Assembly (NCBI GenBank): GCA_013203315.1
Contig: JABMQJ010000026.1
Span: forward strand, 32,001 to 96,000
Direction of reading: 5' to 3'
Length of the DNA stretch: 64,000 nt
Origin: Candidatus Omnitrophota bacterium
Lineage (GTDB): Bacteria; Omnitrophota; Gorgyraeia; JABMRN01; RBG-13-46-9
Position numbering within the stretch: the stretch's first letter is position 1
Below: more notes on this DNA, generated by a model
What the model saw: only the letters and a program-made list of their open reading frames with translations
The model's database searches: none
What the model was told of the DNA's origin: nothing
The DNA itself: not shown here

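Noticed and set aside
28974-63574. Dozens of short minus-strand and off-frame ORFs, including 34529-35617 (362 aa), 43571-44362 (263 aa) and 51216-51824 (202 aa)
   Set aside because: They are antisense or off-frame shadows of the giant ORF, mostly S/F/L-rich mirror translations with no recognisable motifs.
28779-64000. NRPS/PKS, RTX adhesin or non-coding desert interpretation
   Set aside because: No condensation, adenylation or ketosynthase motifs and no GGxGxD nonapeptide arrays were seen, and the region is clearly coding in one frame.
28779-64000. Stop-codon recoding as the explanation for the long frame
   Set aside because: Upstream genes end normally with TAA, TAG and TGA, and I met no in-frame stops when translating the giant frame.

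Overview
Bacterial chromosomal window in two halves. Positions 1-28.6 kb are a dense, almost entirely plus-strand housekeeping run: 3' part of leuA, aroE-prepilin peptidase-aroC-aroK, PAS/HD-GYP, dprA-topA-xerC, an LPS cluster (waaA, lpxK, a lipid A acyltransferase-ELM1 fusion, GT4 and four GT9 domains, a deacetylase), two large nested palindromes, polX-PHP, an M48 peptidase, a UvrD/PcrA helicase and an ECF sigma factor. From 28779 to the window end lies one giant plus-strand ORF of at least 11,740 codons. The ORF track omits it, consistent with there being no stop inside the window. Manual translation shows, in order: a signal/TM segment, an H..E..R..GxxH domain, an HD domain, an internal lipobox-like segment, six tandem TolC/OEP-like half-repeats (a possible single-chain channel), four copies of an unknown large module, short Gly-X-Y tracts, a GH5-like hydrolase, a beta-hairpin-rich region, a multi-TM processive GT2 synthase (QxxRW), a CBM-like domain, a Zn deaminase, a GDPD and a degenerate HD domain. 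Gene content and the giant gene suggest Ca. Omnitrophota (inference). All domain calls come from motif recognition by eye; no database searches were run.
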